A stretch of DNA of 64,000 nucleotides. It comes from a virus. Every line of letters begins with the position of its first letter. Positions within the stretch are counted from its first letter, which is position 1. The stretch lies in UHGV virus genome UHGV-1451962; one strand, written 5' to 3'. A program made the position numbers and the translations under genes. This document shows, piece by piece, positions 1 through 11,300 of the stretch. The notes beneath the pieces are model-generated. The model had not been told where the DNA came from, did no database searches, and saw only the letters and a list, made by a program, of their open reading frames with translations.

Positions 1-131
1 TTGATAAACCAAATTTAAGTTTAAATATTTTATTACCTAAAAATGAACAAACTTTATTTGCTTTTGATAGATATTCAGAATTTTTATTTGCTGGAAAATG
101 CTGGCAAGTACAAGCCCCAGATTCGATTTCA

Positions 132-482
132 ATGAAGAATATTATTGAAGTTAATGCCGAAGAATATTATATTAATAAGGAAACAGATGATAAAATAGAA
201 GAAATTAAAAATGGTTTAGTTATAGAGCCTGTTGATCCTTCTCCTGATACAACTATAAAGGGAGAAACTTTTATTAAGCCTAATATTGCTGAAATATATG
301 AAGCCCCAGATGTGGGAGGAAAATGGAAAGTTGTTGAAAATTATCCAGTTTGTTTAATTCCTATTGATGATTTGCGGGTTAAAGTGATTTGGCAAAAATC
401 GGTTAGTGGACAATTTACTTTAGAATGGTATAAAGACCATATTGTAGAAACAAAAACAATAGTGGTAGAATCATTATTCTAA
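132..482 (+). CDS. hypothetical protein (virion module)
   Basis: 116-aa ORF in track; co-oriented and tightly packed with downstream structural genes; no recognisable motif. Confidence 0.35.
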   Translation: MKNIIEVNAEEYYINKETDDKIEEIKNGLVIEPVDPSPDTTIKGETFIKPNIAEIYEAPDVGGKWKVVENYPVCLIPIDDLRVKVIWQKSVSGQFTLEWYKDHIVETKTIVVESLF

Positions 483-501
483 AGTTAAAGGAGAAAAAGG
501 A

Positions 502-1038
502 ATGAAAAAAAATTTATATGAATTTCCAAAGTCTAGTTTTTTGGGTATGGCCAAAGATACAGCTTTGATTATAAATAAAATTTTAACCAATAAAAATATT
601 TTAAAATTAATTTATTATACTTCTAAAGATTGGAAAGATAAACCTGATTTAAATAGTCAACAAATAAAAGAATTATTTGAAAATAAACAAATATCTAATA
701 TACCTAAGATTACTGTTTTTCCAGATAAAGCTACTTATCTGAGAATTAGTTATGATGATTTTGTTCCGAATGATACTAATCCTTATTATAGAAATCATAT
801 GATAGATATTAAAATTATTTGCCATTATGATTCATGGGATTTAGGAGATTTTGAGTTAAGACCTTATCGCATAGCTGGGGAGTTAGATTCTATTTTAGAT
901 GGACAACATTTAACTGGAATTGGAGAATTACAGTTTCTTAGTGCAGAACAAATTCTCATAGATAATGAATTTGCAGGAATTAATTTAAGATATTGGGCCG
1001 TTAGAGGTAATGAAGATAAGGTTAATCCTTTGAATTAA
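502..1038 (+). CDS. hypothetical protein (virion module)
   Basis: 178-aa ORF; RBS-like aaaggag 7-9 nt upstream of ATG; no recognisable motif. Confidence 0.4.
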   Translation: MKKNLYEFPKSSFLGMAKDTALIINKILTNKNILKLIYYTSKDWKDKPDLNSQQIKELFENKQISNIPKITVFPDKATYLRISYDDFVPNDTNPYYRNHMIDIKIICHYDSWDLGDFELRPYRIAGELDSILDGQHLTGIGELQFLSAEQILIDNEFAGINLRYWAVRGNEDKVNPLN

Positions 1039-1039
1039 T

Positions 1040-1774
1040 ATGGATATTAAATTAGCATTAATGGCAGGTGTAGATATTCCTATACCTGAGTTACAAGCAA
1101 TTATTCATCAACCGCAATTAAAAGAAATTGCGAGGATGGGTGAACAAAATTTTTTTATGGCAATTCATTATTTATGTTTAAATAAAGAAGCTTTGTTAGA
1201 GGACGAAAGTCTTTTACAGAGTTTAACAAATTTTCAAGTATTGATGAAAGTTATTGAACAATCAGAAGATGCTGAGAAGAAAATAGCTTTAATAACTTTA
1301 CTTTCTCTTTTGTTTCCAGGATTTAAACCAATAATTACTCCAAAGAGCATTATTCTTAATAATTTGCAAACAAAACAAAGCATTTTGATAGATGATAATA
1401 ATTATGTTTTTTTACAAGAAATATTAAAACAAATGTTTTGTATAAGTAGTATTTTTCAGGGAGATAATGTTGTTTATAATCCTGCGAATGAAGCTGCAAA
1501 AAAAATTGCCGATAAATTAATGAAAGGCAGAAAAAGAGTTGCAGAATTAAAGGGAAAAAATCAAGAAAGCGTGTTAAGCAGATATGTTTCTATTTTAACG
1601 ATAGGGATTTCCTCTATGTCTTTAGAAAATTGTCTGGCTTTAACAATATATCAACTATTTGATTTAGTTGAAAGATATAATCTGTTTATTGAATGGGATT
1701 TAAATTTGCGGGTTAAACTTGCAGGTGGAGACCCCAAGCAAGATGCGGAAAATTGGATGAAAAACATTCATTAA
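1040..1774 (+). CDS. hypothetical protein (virion module)
   Basis: 244-aa ORF starting 2 nt after the previous stop (translationally coupled layout). Confidence 0.4.
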   Translation: MDIKLALMAGVDIPIPELQAIIHQPQLKEIARMGEQNFFMAIHYLCLNKEALLEDESLLQSLTNFQVLMKVIEQSEDAEKKIALITLLSLLFPGFKPIITPKSIILNNLQTKQSILIDDNNYVFLQEILKQMFCISSIFQGDNVVYNPANEAAKKIADKLMKGRKRVAELKGKNQESVLSRYVSILTIGISSMSLENCLALTIYQLFDLVERYNLFIEWDLNLRVKLAGGDPKQDAENWMKNIH

Positions 1775-1795
1775 TTTATAAGGAGGAAATTAAAC

Positions 1796-2737
1796 ATGAG
1801 ATTTGGTGTACGCGAAATCTGTGATGTTGTGTTGCGTGCTAAAGCAAGACAAACTCTAGGTACTCGTACTTTTTATAAGAATGAGCCTGTTCTTTATTTT
1901 GATACTTTAAAGACTTCTAGCCTAGAAGGTCAAGCTACCACAGTTTATGCTCAAGGCGGACGTGGTAACTCTAGATTAATTGCCTGGGAAGGCGAGAAGA
2001 CTCTTACATTTACAATGGAAGATGCACTGCTTTCTCCTGAAAGTTTTGCAATTCTTTCCGGTGCTGGTTTGATGGATGCTTCTGCGGAAGCCCCTATTTA
2101 TGTTCATACTACTTCTCAAGTGCAGGTTGATGCTCAAGGCAAGTTTACTGTGGATGGTAAAATTTGTTGGAATGGCGGTCGTGCACAAGAAGGAAATAAA
2201 GAAGGAACAAATTATGACTACCATAAAGAAGCAGATGTTTTCTGCATGGCTCTTGATGATGCTGGAGAGGTTAAAGTCGAGCCTTGTGTTCCTGCTTCCA
2301 TGACTTATGATGATACTAAGAAGAAAACTACTATTGTTTGTTATGCTGATGCTGAAGGTGTTGAGAAATTAGCTGAAGGTTCTGTTGTTCTTGTTGATTA
2401 TTATGTTAAGAAGATCGGCAATGCTAAGATGATTGAGATTACTCCTGATGAATTTGCTGGTAGTTATTACCTAGAAGGTTCTACTTTATTCCGTAGAGAG
2501 TCCGATGGTGTTGACATGCCTGCTGAGTTCATCATTCCTAATGGTAAGATTCAGTCTAACTTTACTTTCTCTATGGCAAGTTCTGGCGATCCTTCTACCT
2601 TTACCTTTACTATGGATGCTTTCCCTGGATATACTAAGTTTGATCCTACTAAAAAGGTTCTTGCTGCTATTCAGGTAATTGAAGATAGCACTGGTGAAGA
2701 TACCGCTTACCGCGAGAATTGTAAGGCGACTTTTTAA
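1796..2737 (+). CDS. putative major virion structural protein (capsid or tail-tube class), highly expressed
   Basis: 313-aa ORF with strong RBS (aaggagg) and by-eye GC-richer, biased codon usage (cgt/ggt/ctg) relative to neighbours; position upstream of tail genes. Confidence 0.4.
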   Translation: MRFGVREICDVVLRAKARQTLGTRTFYKNEPVLYFDTLKTSSLEGQATTVYAQGGRGNSRLIAWEGEKTLTFTMEDALLSPESFAILSGAGLMDASAEAPIYVHTTSQVQVDAQGKFTVDGKICWNGGRAQEGNKEGTNYDYHKEADVFCMALDDAGEVKVEPCVPASMTYDDTKKKTTIVCYADAEGVEKLAEGSVVLVDYYVKKIGNAKMIEITPDEFAGSYYLEGSTLFRRESDGVDMPAEFIIPNGKIQSNFTFSMASSGDPSTFTFTMDAFPGYTKFDPTKKVLAAIQVIEDSTGEDTAYRENCKATF

Positions 2738-2877
2738 TTACCCCAAATAGTAACGTTAAAATTAGTCAGCTAGGGAATACCTATTCTTTAGTTGGCACTG
2801 TAGATAAAACTGATATTCCCGTAGAATATCAAGGGCTATTTGGGGATATAGCAACAGAAGATACTTTAAATAAGTAT

Positions 2878-3126
2878 GTGCTTGTTAGATTAAATAATAT
2901 TATTCCTAAAAATGGTGCTACTATTATTCAAAAGAATGAAGCTTTAAAATATTATTATAATAAAGGTGATGTTAATATCACTGAAGTTGGTGGCATTTAT
3001 ACCAAGACTAAGGAATATGATGGAACTGATTCTGATTATGCTTTGTTAATTAAGATTGGTTCTACTGCGGAAGTTACTATTAATGATACTAAATATATTA
3101 TTGATGGTTCTAAATTAACTAATTAA
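2878..3126 (+). CDS. hypothetical small protein
   Basis: 82-aa ORF followed directly by a rho-independent terminator. Confidence 0.3.
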   Translation: MLVRLNNIIPKNGATIIQKNEALKYYYNKGDVNITEVGGIYTKTKEYDGTDSDYALLIKIGSTAEVTINDTKYIIDGSKLTN

Positions 3127-3133
3127 TAAAAAT

Positions 3134-3168
3134 AGGGAAGAGTTTTACTCTTCCCTATTTTTTGTTTT
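3134..3168 (+). terminator. rho-independent terminator
   Basis: 10-bp stem agggaagagt / actcttccct with 3-nt loop followed by attttttgtttt. Confidence 0.6.
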
Positions 3169-3179
3169 AAGGAGAAAAT

Positions 3180-4586
3180 ATGAGTAGTGATTTTGTTTTT
3201 GAATATGATGGAACTAGTTATCCTAATATTCATAGTAAACCTGAACATTATATAGGAGGAACTTTAATTCCTTATGCTCAAACAACAAATAAAATGGCAG
3301 CTATCAAAACAAGATACTTAAATATGATGAAAGCGCAACTCGCCAGCCAACAAACAGATGCTAAAAAGAAAGCTTTTATAGAAGGTATGGAATTAGCAAA
3401 ATTTGAAAAAATGGAAAAACAAATAGAAAATAAAATTGTTGAAGAATATAATAAAGCTGCGAGCAAATTAGGAGGAAATATTGGTGGATATAATATGGGA
3501 GTTGATGGATATGTTGCAGCTTTAAAATCAGGAGATAAAGATGGAGCAATAAAATCATTAGCTCAAATAATAGCTGTTTTTCACCAAAATAAAGATGCTG
3601 TTGCTTTATATGAAATGTTAAAAGATAATCCTCAACAAATTTATTCTGATATTTCTATAAACGAATTAATTAATGTTCAAGCTTTTATGAAAGTTATTGA
3701 AGCTGCTATGAATGGAGAAAATTATCGGAATACTCTAAATTCAATTTTAACTAAACCTTCAGAAGCTTTAGCAGCTTTAATAGGAACATATGCTGAAGCA
3801 AAAAGTGATACAGAAGTAAAAGATTTATTACTTGGTACTCAATCACAAAATATTAGAGTAAGTTTTAGTGGAGAATTTAAAGAAATTCAATCTAAATCCG
3901 CGGATATTAGTTTAGGAAATTCATATTTTTCTTATAATATGGGTGGTTCACAAGGCAGTCAAGGTATTGAGCTTTATGACACTTTTGATGTAGAAACTTT
4001 TGCTACTGTAAAGACTTATAGAACCGCGGGAGGTTTGTCTTTAACAAGTTATTCTGGAAAAAATTCTTTCTTAATTCCAGCTTTACATCAATTGTATGGT
4101 GGTGGAAACTCAATTGATTATCAAATATATAATACTTTAGCTTTTAGTGCAGGGCAAGAATCAGGAGCATTGGATACTAACTTTAGAATTATTCGGCAGG
4201 ATTTAATTGCTAAATTTGCGGAAAACTTTTTAATTGGTTTTAATACGGCTGAAGCACAAAGAGTATTAGTATATAATTTTAGAGCATATCCAGTATTAAC
4301 TATATTAGCTGATATAGTTAATGATGCTAAAAATGCGGTTAGAGAAGGAAATTTATATGGTTCTTTAAGTAGTGGTGATTTATTTAGTATTTCTTTGACT
4401 AAAAGTGCTGTTGATAATAGTTGGGTTGGTCAAAAAGATATAACAAATAAAGCAAATAAAGCTGTTCGTGTAAAAAGAGCTTATAATCAAATTAATAGTA
4501 TTGCAATGCAAGGTCATATTAGTGGTAGATATGTTAGTTCTAATTTAAGAAAATATTTAACAGCGGCGAATGGAATACCTATTTAA
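3180..4586 (+). CDS. virion structural protein (possible major tail or sheath-class protein)
   Basis: 468-aa ORF with strong RBS (aaggag), located between the putative major structural gene and the chaperone-like and tape-measure genes. Confidence 0.4.
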   Translation: MSSDFVFEYDGTSYPNIHSKPEHYIGGTLIPYAQTTNKMAAIKTRYLNMMKAQLASQQTDAKKKAFIEGMELAKFEKMEKQIENKIVEEYNKAASKLGGNIGGYNMGVDGYVAALKSGDKDGAIKSLAQIIAVFHQNKDAVALYEMLKDNPQQIYSDISINELINVQAFMKVIEAAMNGENYRNTLNSILTKPSEALAALIGTYAEAKSDTEVKDLLLGTQSQNIRVSFSGEFKEIQSKSADISLGNSYFSYNMGGSQGSQGIELYDTFDVETFATVKTYRTAGGLSLTSYSGKNSFLIPALHQLYGGGNSIDYQIYNTLAFSAGQESGALDTNFRIIRQDLIAKFAENFLIGFNTAEAQRVLVYNFRAYPVLTILADIVNDAKNAVREGNLYGSLSSGDLFSISLTKSAVDNSWVGQKDITNKANKAVRVKRAYNQINSIAMQGHISGRYVSSNLRKYLTAANGIPI

Positions 4587-4650
4587 AATTTGCTTTTTTG
4601 TTAAATAAGTAGTATAATAAAAATAGAAATGATAAAAAGGAGATTTAAAA

Positions 4651-5199
4651 ATGTCTAAAGTTACTTTTAGTAAAATAAATATGAAAATGAAGATGAAAGA
4701 TGAATATGCGACTATTTATCTTAATCCAGAACTTGATGAGGAATTTAAAGTAGAAGTGCGTCAATATTTACCAATTGAGCAAAAGGCAGCTTTAATTACT
4801 TTTATTGCAGAAAACGCGATTGATGAAAAGACTGGTTGCTTTAGTGAAATTAGAATTGAGACTTATTTTGCTCTTGCTATTGCTAAGTATTATGCAGGAA
4901 TTGCTTTTACTGACAAGCAAATTGAAAATGCTGCTAAAATTTATGATGTATTAGAGAGTAATGGAGTTTTTACTAGAATTATGAGTGCTATTCCTGAATC
5001 TGAGTTTAACTTTTTAACTAATGCCGTTAGTAAAACTATTGCCGATATTGCAAGATTTAATAATTCTTTTGCCGGAATGTTGAATATGATCTCTGATAAT
5101 GCGGGCGGCATGGATGAACAGTTTACTGAAATTTTAGAGAAGATTAAGAATGGTGAAGGTTTAGAGACTCTTTCTGAAATTAAGAATATTGTTGGCTAA
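4651..5199 (+). CDS. putative tail assembly chaperone
   Basis: 182-aa acidic protein immediately upstream of the tape-measure-like gene; assignment is by synteny only. Confidence 0.3.
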   Translation: MSKVTFSKINMKMKMKDEYATIYLNPELDEEFKVEVRQYLPIEQKAALITFIAENAIDEKTGCFSEIRIETYFALAIAKYYAGIAFTDKQIENAAKIYDVLESNGVFTRIMSAIPESEFNFLTNAVSKTIADIARFNNSFAGMLNMISDNAGGMDEQFTEILEKIKNGEGLETLSEIKNIVG

Positions 5200-5250
5200 A
5201 TTAAGATAATATATTTCTAATAAATATTAAAATTTTATAGAGAATTTTTT

Positions 5251-5288
5251 AAAGCTCTGAGAAATTTCTCAGAGCTTTAATTTTTTAT
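5251..5288 (+). terminator. rho-independent terminator
   Basis: Perfect palindrome aaagctctgagaaa/tttctcagagcttt followed by aattttttt. Confidence 0.55.
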
Positions 5289-5316
5289 ATGCACAAAGAG
5301 TGAAAGGAGATTAATT

Positions 5317-8300
5317 ATGGCTAAAAGACTTAATTATGAAGTAGGCTTTACTGGCGATACTTCACAATTAAAAGCGTCTTTAAATGATGCTGTAAAAGCT
5401 TTACAAAAATTAGGTACTTCTTCAACTACTCAAATGACTCAGGGTATGCGGGAAGCATCTAAATCTGCATTAGAATTAGCTAATAATTTAAAAACTGCTA
5501 CTAATCAAGAAACAGGAAAATTAGATTTAGTAACTTTTAATAGAAATTTAGCTAATAGTAAGATGACCATTAGTGATTATGCTAAGCAATTATCTCAATT
5601 AGGCCCTACTGGTCAGCAAGCTTTTATGAAAGTTGCGCAAGCAGTTACTTCTGCGGAATTACCAATGAGACGTACTAATAAAGTATTGGATGAATTGTGG
5701 ACAACAATGAAAAATACTGCTCGTTGGCAATTAACCTCAAGTGCGTTGCATGGATTTATGGGAGCTTTAAATACTTGTGTTGGATATTCTAAAGCTTTAG
5801 ATAAATCTTTAAATTCTATCAGAATTGTTACTGAACAATCAGCTGAACAAATGGCTGATTTTGCAGTTCAAGCTAATAGTGCTGCAAAAAATTTAAGTAC
5901 AACAACAACAGATTATACGGATGCAGCATTGATATATTATCAACAAGGTTTAAATGACAAAGAAGTTCTTGATAGAACTGATATTACTATTAAAATGGCC
6001 AATGCCGCAAATGAAAGTGCTCAAGTAGTTTCTGACCAATTAACTGCGGTTTGGAATAACTTTTATGATGGTTCACAATCATTAGAGCATTATGCTGATG
6101 CGATGGTGGCGTTAGGTGCTGCTACTGCTTCTAGTTCAGATGAAATTGCTGGCGGCTTAGAGAAGTTTGCATCAATCGCAGACATGATTGGGTTAAGCTT
6201 TGATTATGCTGCTTCTGCTTTAGCAACAATTACTGCTACAACTCGTCAAAGCGAAGATGTTGTTGGTACTGCTTTGAAAACTATTTTTGCTCGTATTCAA
6301 GGTTTGAATTTAGGAGAGACCCTTGAAGATGGCACTGATTTAAATAAATATTCAGAAGCTTTGAGCAAAGTTGGTGTTTCAATTAAAGATTCTAATGGCG
6401 ATTTGCGTAATATGGATGCTATCTTAGATGATATAGGCGCAAAATGGGGTACTTTAACAAAAGACCAACAAGTAGCATTAGCGCAAACAGTAGCCGGCGT
6501 TCGTCAATACAACCAGTTAGTTTCTTTAATGGATAATTGGGATTTCTTTGAAGATAATTTAAAGATTGCCCAAAATTCTGAAGGTGAATTAAATAAGCAG
6601 GCTGATATTTATGCAGAATCTTGGGAGGCCGCGAGAAAAAGAGTTAAAGCTGCGGCAGAAGATATTTATGATAGCATTTTGAATCCTGAGAGCATTGTTG
6701 CTATTGATGATGTTTTAACTCCATTTTTAAGTGGAATAGCGCAAGTTGTTAATGCTTTAGGTGGATTAAAAGGTATTGCTTTAGTTGTTGGTTCTGTCCT
6801 TACTTCTGTTTATAGTGGTAAATTGGTAAATGGTTTACAAAATTTTGCTACTAATATTCAGATTATGACTGGACTTCAAGGAAAATTAACAAGAAGCTTA
6901 CAAGAACAAACCGTAACTGAAGCAGAAAATCTTGATATTATAATTGGTGGTAATCGTGCTTTAGAAACTGAAATTTCTTTGATGCGAGAAAAAGTTCAGT
7001 TACAAGGTATGATTAATAAATATACCAAGAATTATGACCAAAGTCAAATGTTACAAGTCAATCAGCGAGTAGGCGTTATTGATGCTTTGCGTCAACAAAT
7101 TATGGCTTCTGCTCAAAAACAAACTGCTTTGTTGGGTGAAGCTGAAGAATTTAAAACAACTATATTGTTAGATATAGAGCCAAAACCTGGTTGGGAAGAA
7201 AGATTTAGACAGAAAATTTTACAATTTAATACTAATATGGTTAATGGGCCATTAAAAAATCTTAATTCTGTCTTTTTATTTGATGAAAAAGATGATATAA
7301 CAAGAACTACTGAAAAAGTTACAGCAAGTATGCAAAAGTTAGCTTCTCAAGCTAGTTCTATAGAAGCAGTAAGACGAGCTTATAGCAATTTAAATATAGA
7401 TCAAAAAGAAAGTGCCGTTGTTTTACAAGAATTAATTCAAAAGACTGGTTTATGGAAAGCAGAAATGCAAAATTGGTCTACTCCTAAATTACAAGAATTT
7501 TTGAATAACTTAGGTACTCAATCAATAGAAGCTTCTAAAGGGATGCAACTTTTAAAACAAGCTTTAATGGAATTAAGTTATTCTCCTGAAGCTATTGATC
7601 AATTTATTAATTCGATAAGAAGATTAGCCGCTGAAGAACATAGTGCCGCAGAATATACAAGATTAATTAATGAAGAAATAAAAAAATTTACGAACAGTTT
7701 GCAAACTGGTAGTATTCAAAGTGAATCGGGTTGGGCAAAAACTGTTGTAAGCATGTCTAATCATCTTATGAATTTCGGAATGACTCTTTCCGCAGTTAGT
7801 AATATGGGTAAAGTTTTCAAAGAATCTATGGAAGGAAATATTACTGCGGGAGAAGCTTTCATTCAAATTATGACTAATTTGGGTATGATTTTGATGAGTG
7901 GCAGTAGCCTTTTCATGGCTTTGTCAAAATCAATGGGTGCTCTTGTTTCAGTTTATACTGGTGTAAATACTTCAGTAGCAGCTCTTACTTTTGTTACAAA
8001 ATTAAATACTGCGGCTGAAGAAGGAAATATAGCTGCAAAAATAGCTAATGTTGCAATTACAAAATTGCTTACTGTTTCAGAAGGTAGTTTAGCTGCTGCT
8101 ATGGGTATAACTATTGGCGTTTTAGCTCTTTTTGCGGCTGGAATTGTGTTTGCTGTAAAAATAATTGATGGTTTAATTGTAACTCAAAAAGAAGCCAGTC
8201 AAGCTATTGCGGATGCTACTCAAAATTATACTGATCAAAAGAGCAAATTAGATGAGTTAAATAGTTCTTTAGAGCAAACTAGACAAAAGATAGAAGAATT

Positions 8301-11300
8301 AGAATCTAAAGATTCTTTATCTCTTGTTGAACAAGATGAGCTAGCTAATTTAAAACAGCAAGAAGCTTCTTTAGAGAGACAAGCTGATCTAAGAGAGCGT
8401 ATAGTTAAAGCTAAACAAGCAGAAATGGCTTATGCTATTGCAGATAATTTTGACAAAAAATATGACAAGACTTATAAGGTAGAGCCAAAAGGTAGAACTG
8501 GTGCTGACACTTCTAATTTTAAAACACAAGAAGATTTAGATAAATGGTATAATAGTTTAAATTCTGACCAACAGGCAAAAGCATTAGACCAATATCAGAA
8601 TTGGACGCAACAGATAGCAGAAGCTACTGCTCAAATGACTTCTGAAGTAGGAGAAGATTTAGCTGAATTAGAACAAGACTATGCTAATTATTTAGGTGCT
8701 GTTGATTCTGGAGCAATTGTGGCCGATCCGTCTAAGATTGCAGATATGCAGGATAAATTAGCAGAATTAAGAAAATTAATATATCCTACTGATAATCAGT
8801 ATTATGAAATGGTTATCCGTCCGGTATTAGATGATGAATCTTTTGATGAAGTAAGAGATAAGATTTTTAGAGCTTTATCTTCTGGAGATATTAAAGGTGC
8901 TGGATTAGCCTTAACAGATGAAATGCGTTCTGCCATTGAAGCTGCTGGAATTTCTGTTGATGATTTATTTAATCAAATTGCAGAAAGAATGTCTCAGGCC
9001 AGAGAGACCATTAAATCTGAAATGGGCGGTACCGAAGAGCAATTAAATAAATTAACTGCCGAAGATTGGGATATTATTCTTACCTTGGATTTAGAAAACA
9101 TTGGTTCTTTTAGAGAATTAATGAAAGCTATTGAAAATGCTAAAAATACAGACCTTAAAGTTAAAGTAGATACTTCTGAGTTAGATGCAGCAAAAGATAA
9201 AATAGAAAGTTTAAATACTAATGAAGAGCCATTGGAAAAAGCCTTGATGTCTTATAAAGAACAAGGTTATCTTACTATGGATCAGACTTATGAATTAATT
9301 AAAGCTAACGAAGAATATGCTCAATATATTAAAAAAGTTGGAGATGAGTATGTTTTAACTACTCAATCTTTAACTGACTTTACTGAAATGGAAAAAGCTG
9401 AGAAATTGGCTTTAGACCAAGCTATTGAAGCTATGCAAAACAAAGGTAAAGTTGATAGAGATTATGCTCAGCAGTATGTTGATCTTTATAGTAGTTTAAT
9501 TGAAAGTAGTAAAAATTGGTCTGACCAAGAACGTGCAGATAGCGGAGAAAATTTTGATAAAAATACTGAAGCACTTAGAAGACAAGCTCAAGCGTTCCAA
9601 GAAGGAAAGATTAGCGCAAGTGAATATTTTGATGCAATAAATCAAAGAGTTAGTGAAACTGGGGATAATTTTGCAAAATTAAGTGATGGTATAGATGGTC
9701 TTAAAGAATCTGATTATGCAAAAACTATGATTTCCTCTACTACTGCTTTGGCTGATGGTTTTAAAGATTTAATCAGTGAAGTTGAAGCTGGCGGTACTAA
9801 TATGCAAGAGTATTATGCTGGTGCAGTTAAAGGTACTAAAGCTTTAATGAATATCACTGCTAAATCTAATAAATATATCACCAAAACAGCAGATGGTTAT
9901 AAAGTTGTTACTGATAATATTGATGATGCAACTAAAGCTACACAAGACTACAAAGATGCTCAGAAAAAAGTTCAAAATTTAAATACTTGGGAAAAACAAG
10001 TTGATCAAGCTGAAGGATTTAAAAAAGCAATAGATGATATTACTTCTTATTATGATTATTTAAAAAATTATTTAAATGATAATAATTGGCTTGAGTTACC
10101 TGATAATTTTGATACAACAACAACCAAATTTAAAAATATGTGCGATACTATGGCTGCTGATATTTGGTCTTTAAAAGATACAAATGCTGAAGCTTTTAGT
10201 GCGATTATGGCTCACATGGAAACTGAAAATGCTGGTTTTGATTCTAGTTTAATTACTTCTCAAAGTCAATTAGCTAGTGCTATGCAAGGAAATGCAACAA
10301 TAGCTTCTTCTGCTATTAATGGTCTAGCTGCTCAAAGTCAGATTAGTATTGGTACTTTATGTCAAATTGGTGGACAGTTATTACAATCTTTGGCAAGTGC
10401 TATTAGCAGTTTTAGTTATACTATTCAGGCGACTGGTGTTGTTGATAATCCTGGTGGTATTGGTTTAGGCGGAGGATTAGTCGATAAAATTGGTGCTTTA
10501 CTTACAACAGGAGGGAAAATTCCTTTTGAATGGGATATGCCTTCTGCCCATATTGATTTAACAGGTTCTGGTTCTGGTGGTTCACCTATGTTTAGCACTA
10601 CTGGTTCTGCAAGAGCGCAAAAAGTTAATGGCTCTGGTAAATCAAATTATATTCGTTCAAAAGACACTGGTGCTGCTAGCAAAGGTGAGTCATCAGGACT
10701 TTTAGAAAATATTTCTAAATTTGGTACTGCATTAGAAGAATATGGTAAACAATCTGTATTGTCTCAAGGTTTAAAAGCATTTGCCCCTTCAGGAGGAGGA
10801 ACTGGTGGTAGAACTCTTAACCCTAGTGGTATTTCTACTGATAACAATCGTCCTTCTGGTGGAGGAGGAGGAAAAGGCAAAGGTGGTAAAGGAAAAGGCG
10901 GAGGTGGTAAAGGAAAGGGAGGAAAAGGAAAAGGCGGAGGTGGTGGCTCCGGCTCAGATGATTCTCCTGAAATCGAAGATGAAGAAATTTTTGATGATAG
11001 ATACCACGATATTAATAATAGACTAGAAGAACAAAGTCAGCTACTAGATAAGATTGATACTGCTAAAGATAGAGCTTTTGGTGTTAAGAAATTAGAAAAA
11101 TATAAAGAAAAAATTGAAGCAATTAATAAAGAACAAGAATTATATAAAGAAAAATTAAAAAAGACTGAGGAATATTTAAAAGAAGATTTAACTGATTTAC
11201 AAAAGAACTTTTCTGGTGTTAAATTAAATATAGACTCTGATAGTAAAGCTTTATTAAATTATGAAGATTTAGAAAAATGGGCAATAGAAGAATATAATAA

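Noticed and set aside
1976-2303. Overlapping ORFs 1976-2224 (minus) and 2076-2303 (plus) inside the putative major structural gene
   Set aside because: Alternative-frame ORFs inside a strongly supported gene, with no independent start signals.
3278-3558. Minus-strand ORFs 3278-3466 and 3376-3558 inside the 468-aa structural gene
   Set aside because: Hydrophobic low-complexity antisense translations with no start signals; spurious.
10858-10950. Gly-Lys repeat region considered as a CRISPR-like or mobile repeat array
   Set aside because: The repeats are in-frame coding sequence within a long ORF with no spacer structure; simple low-complexity coding repeat.
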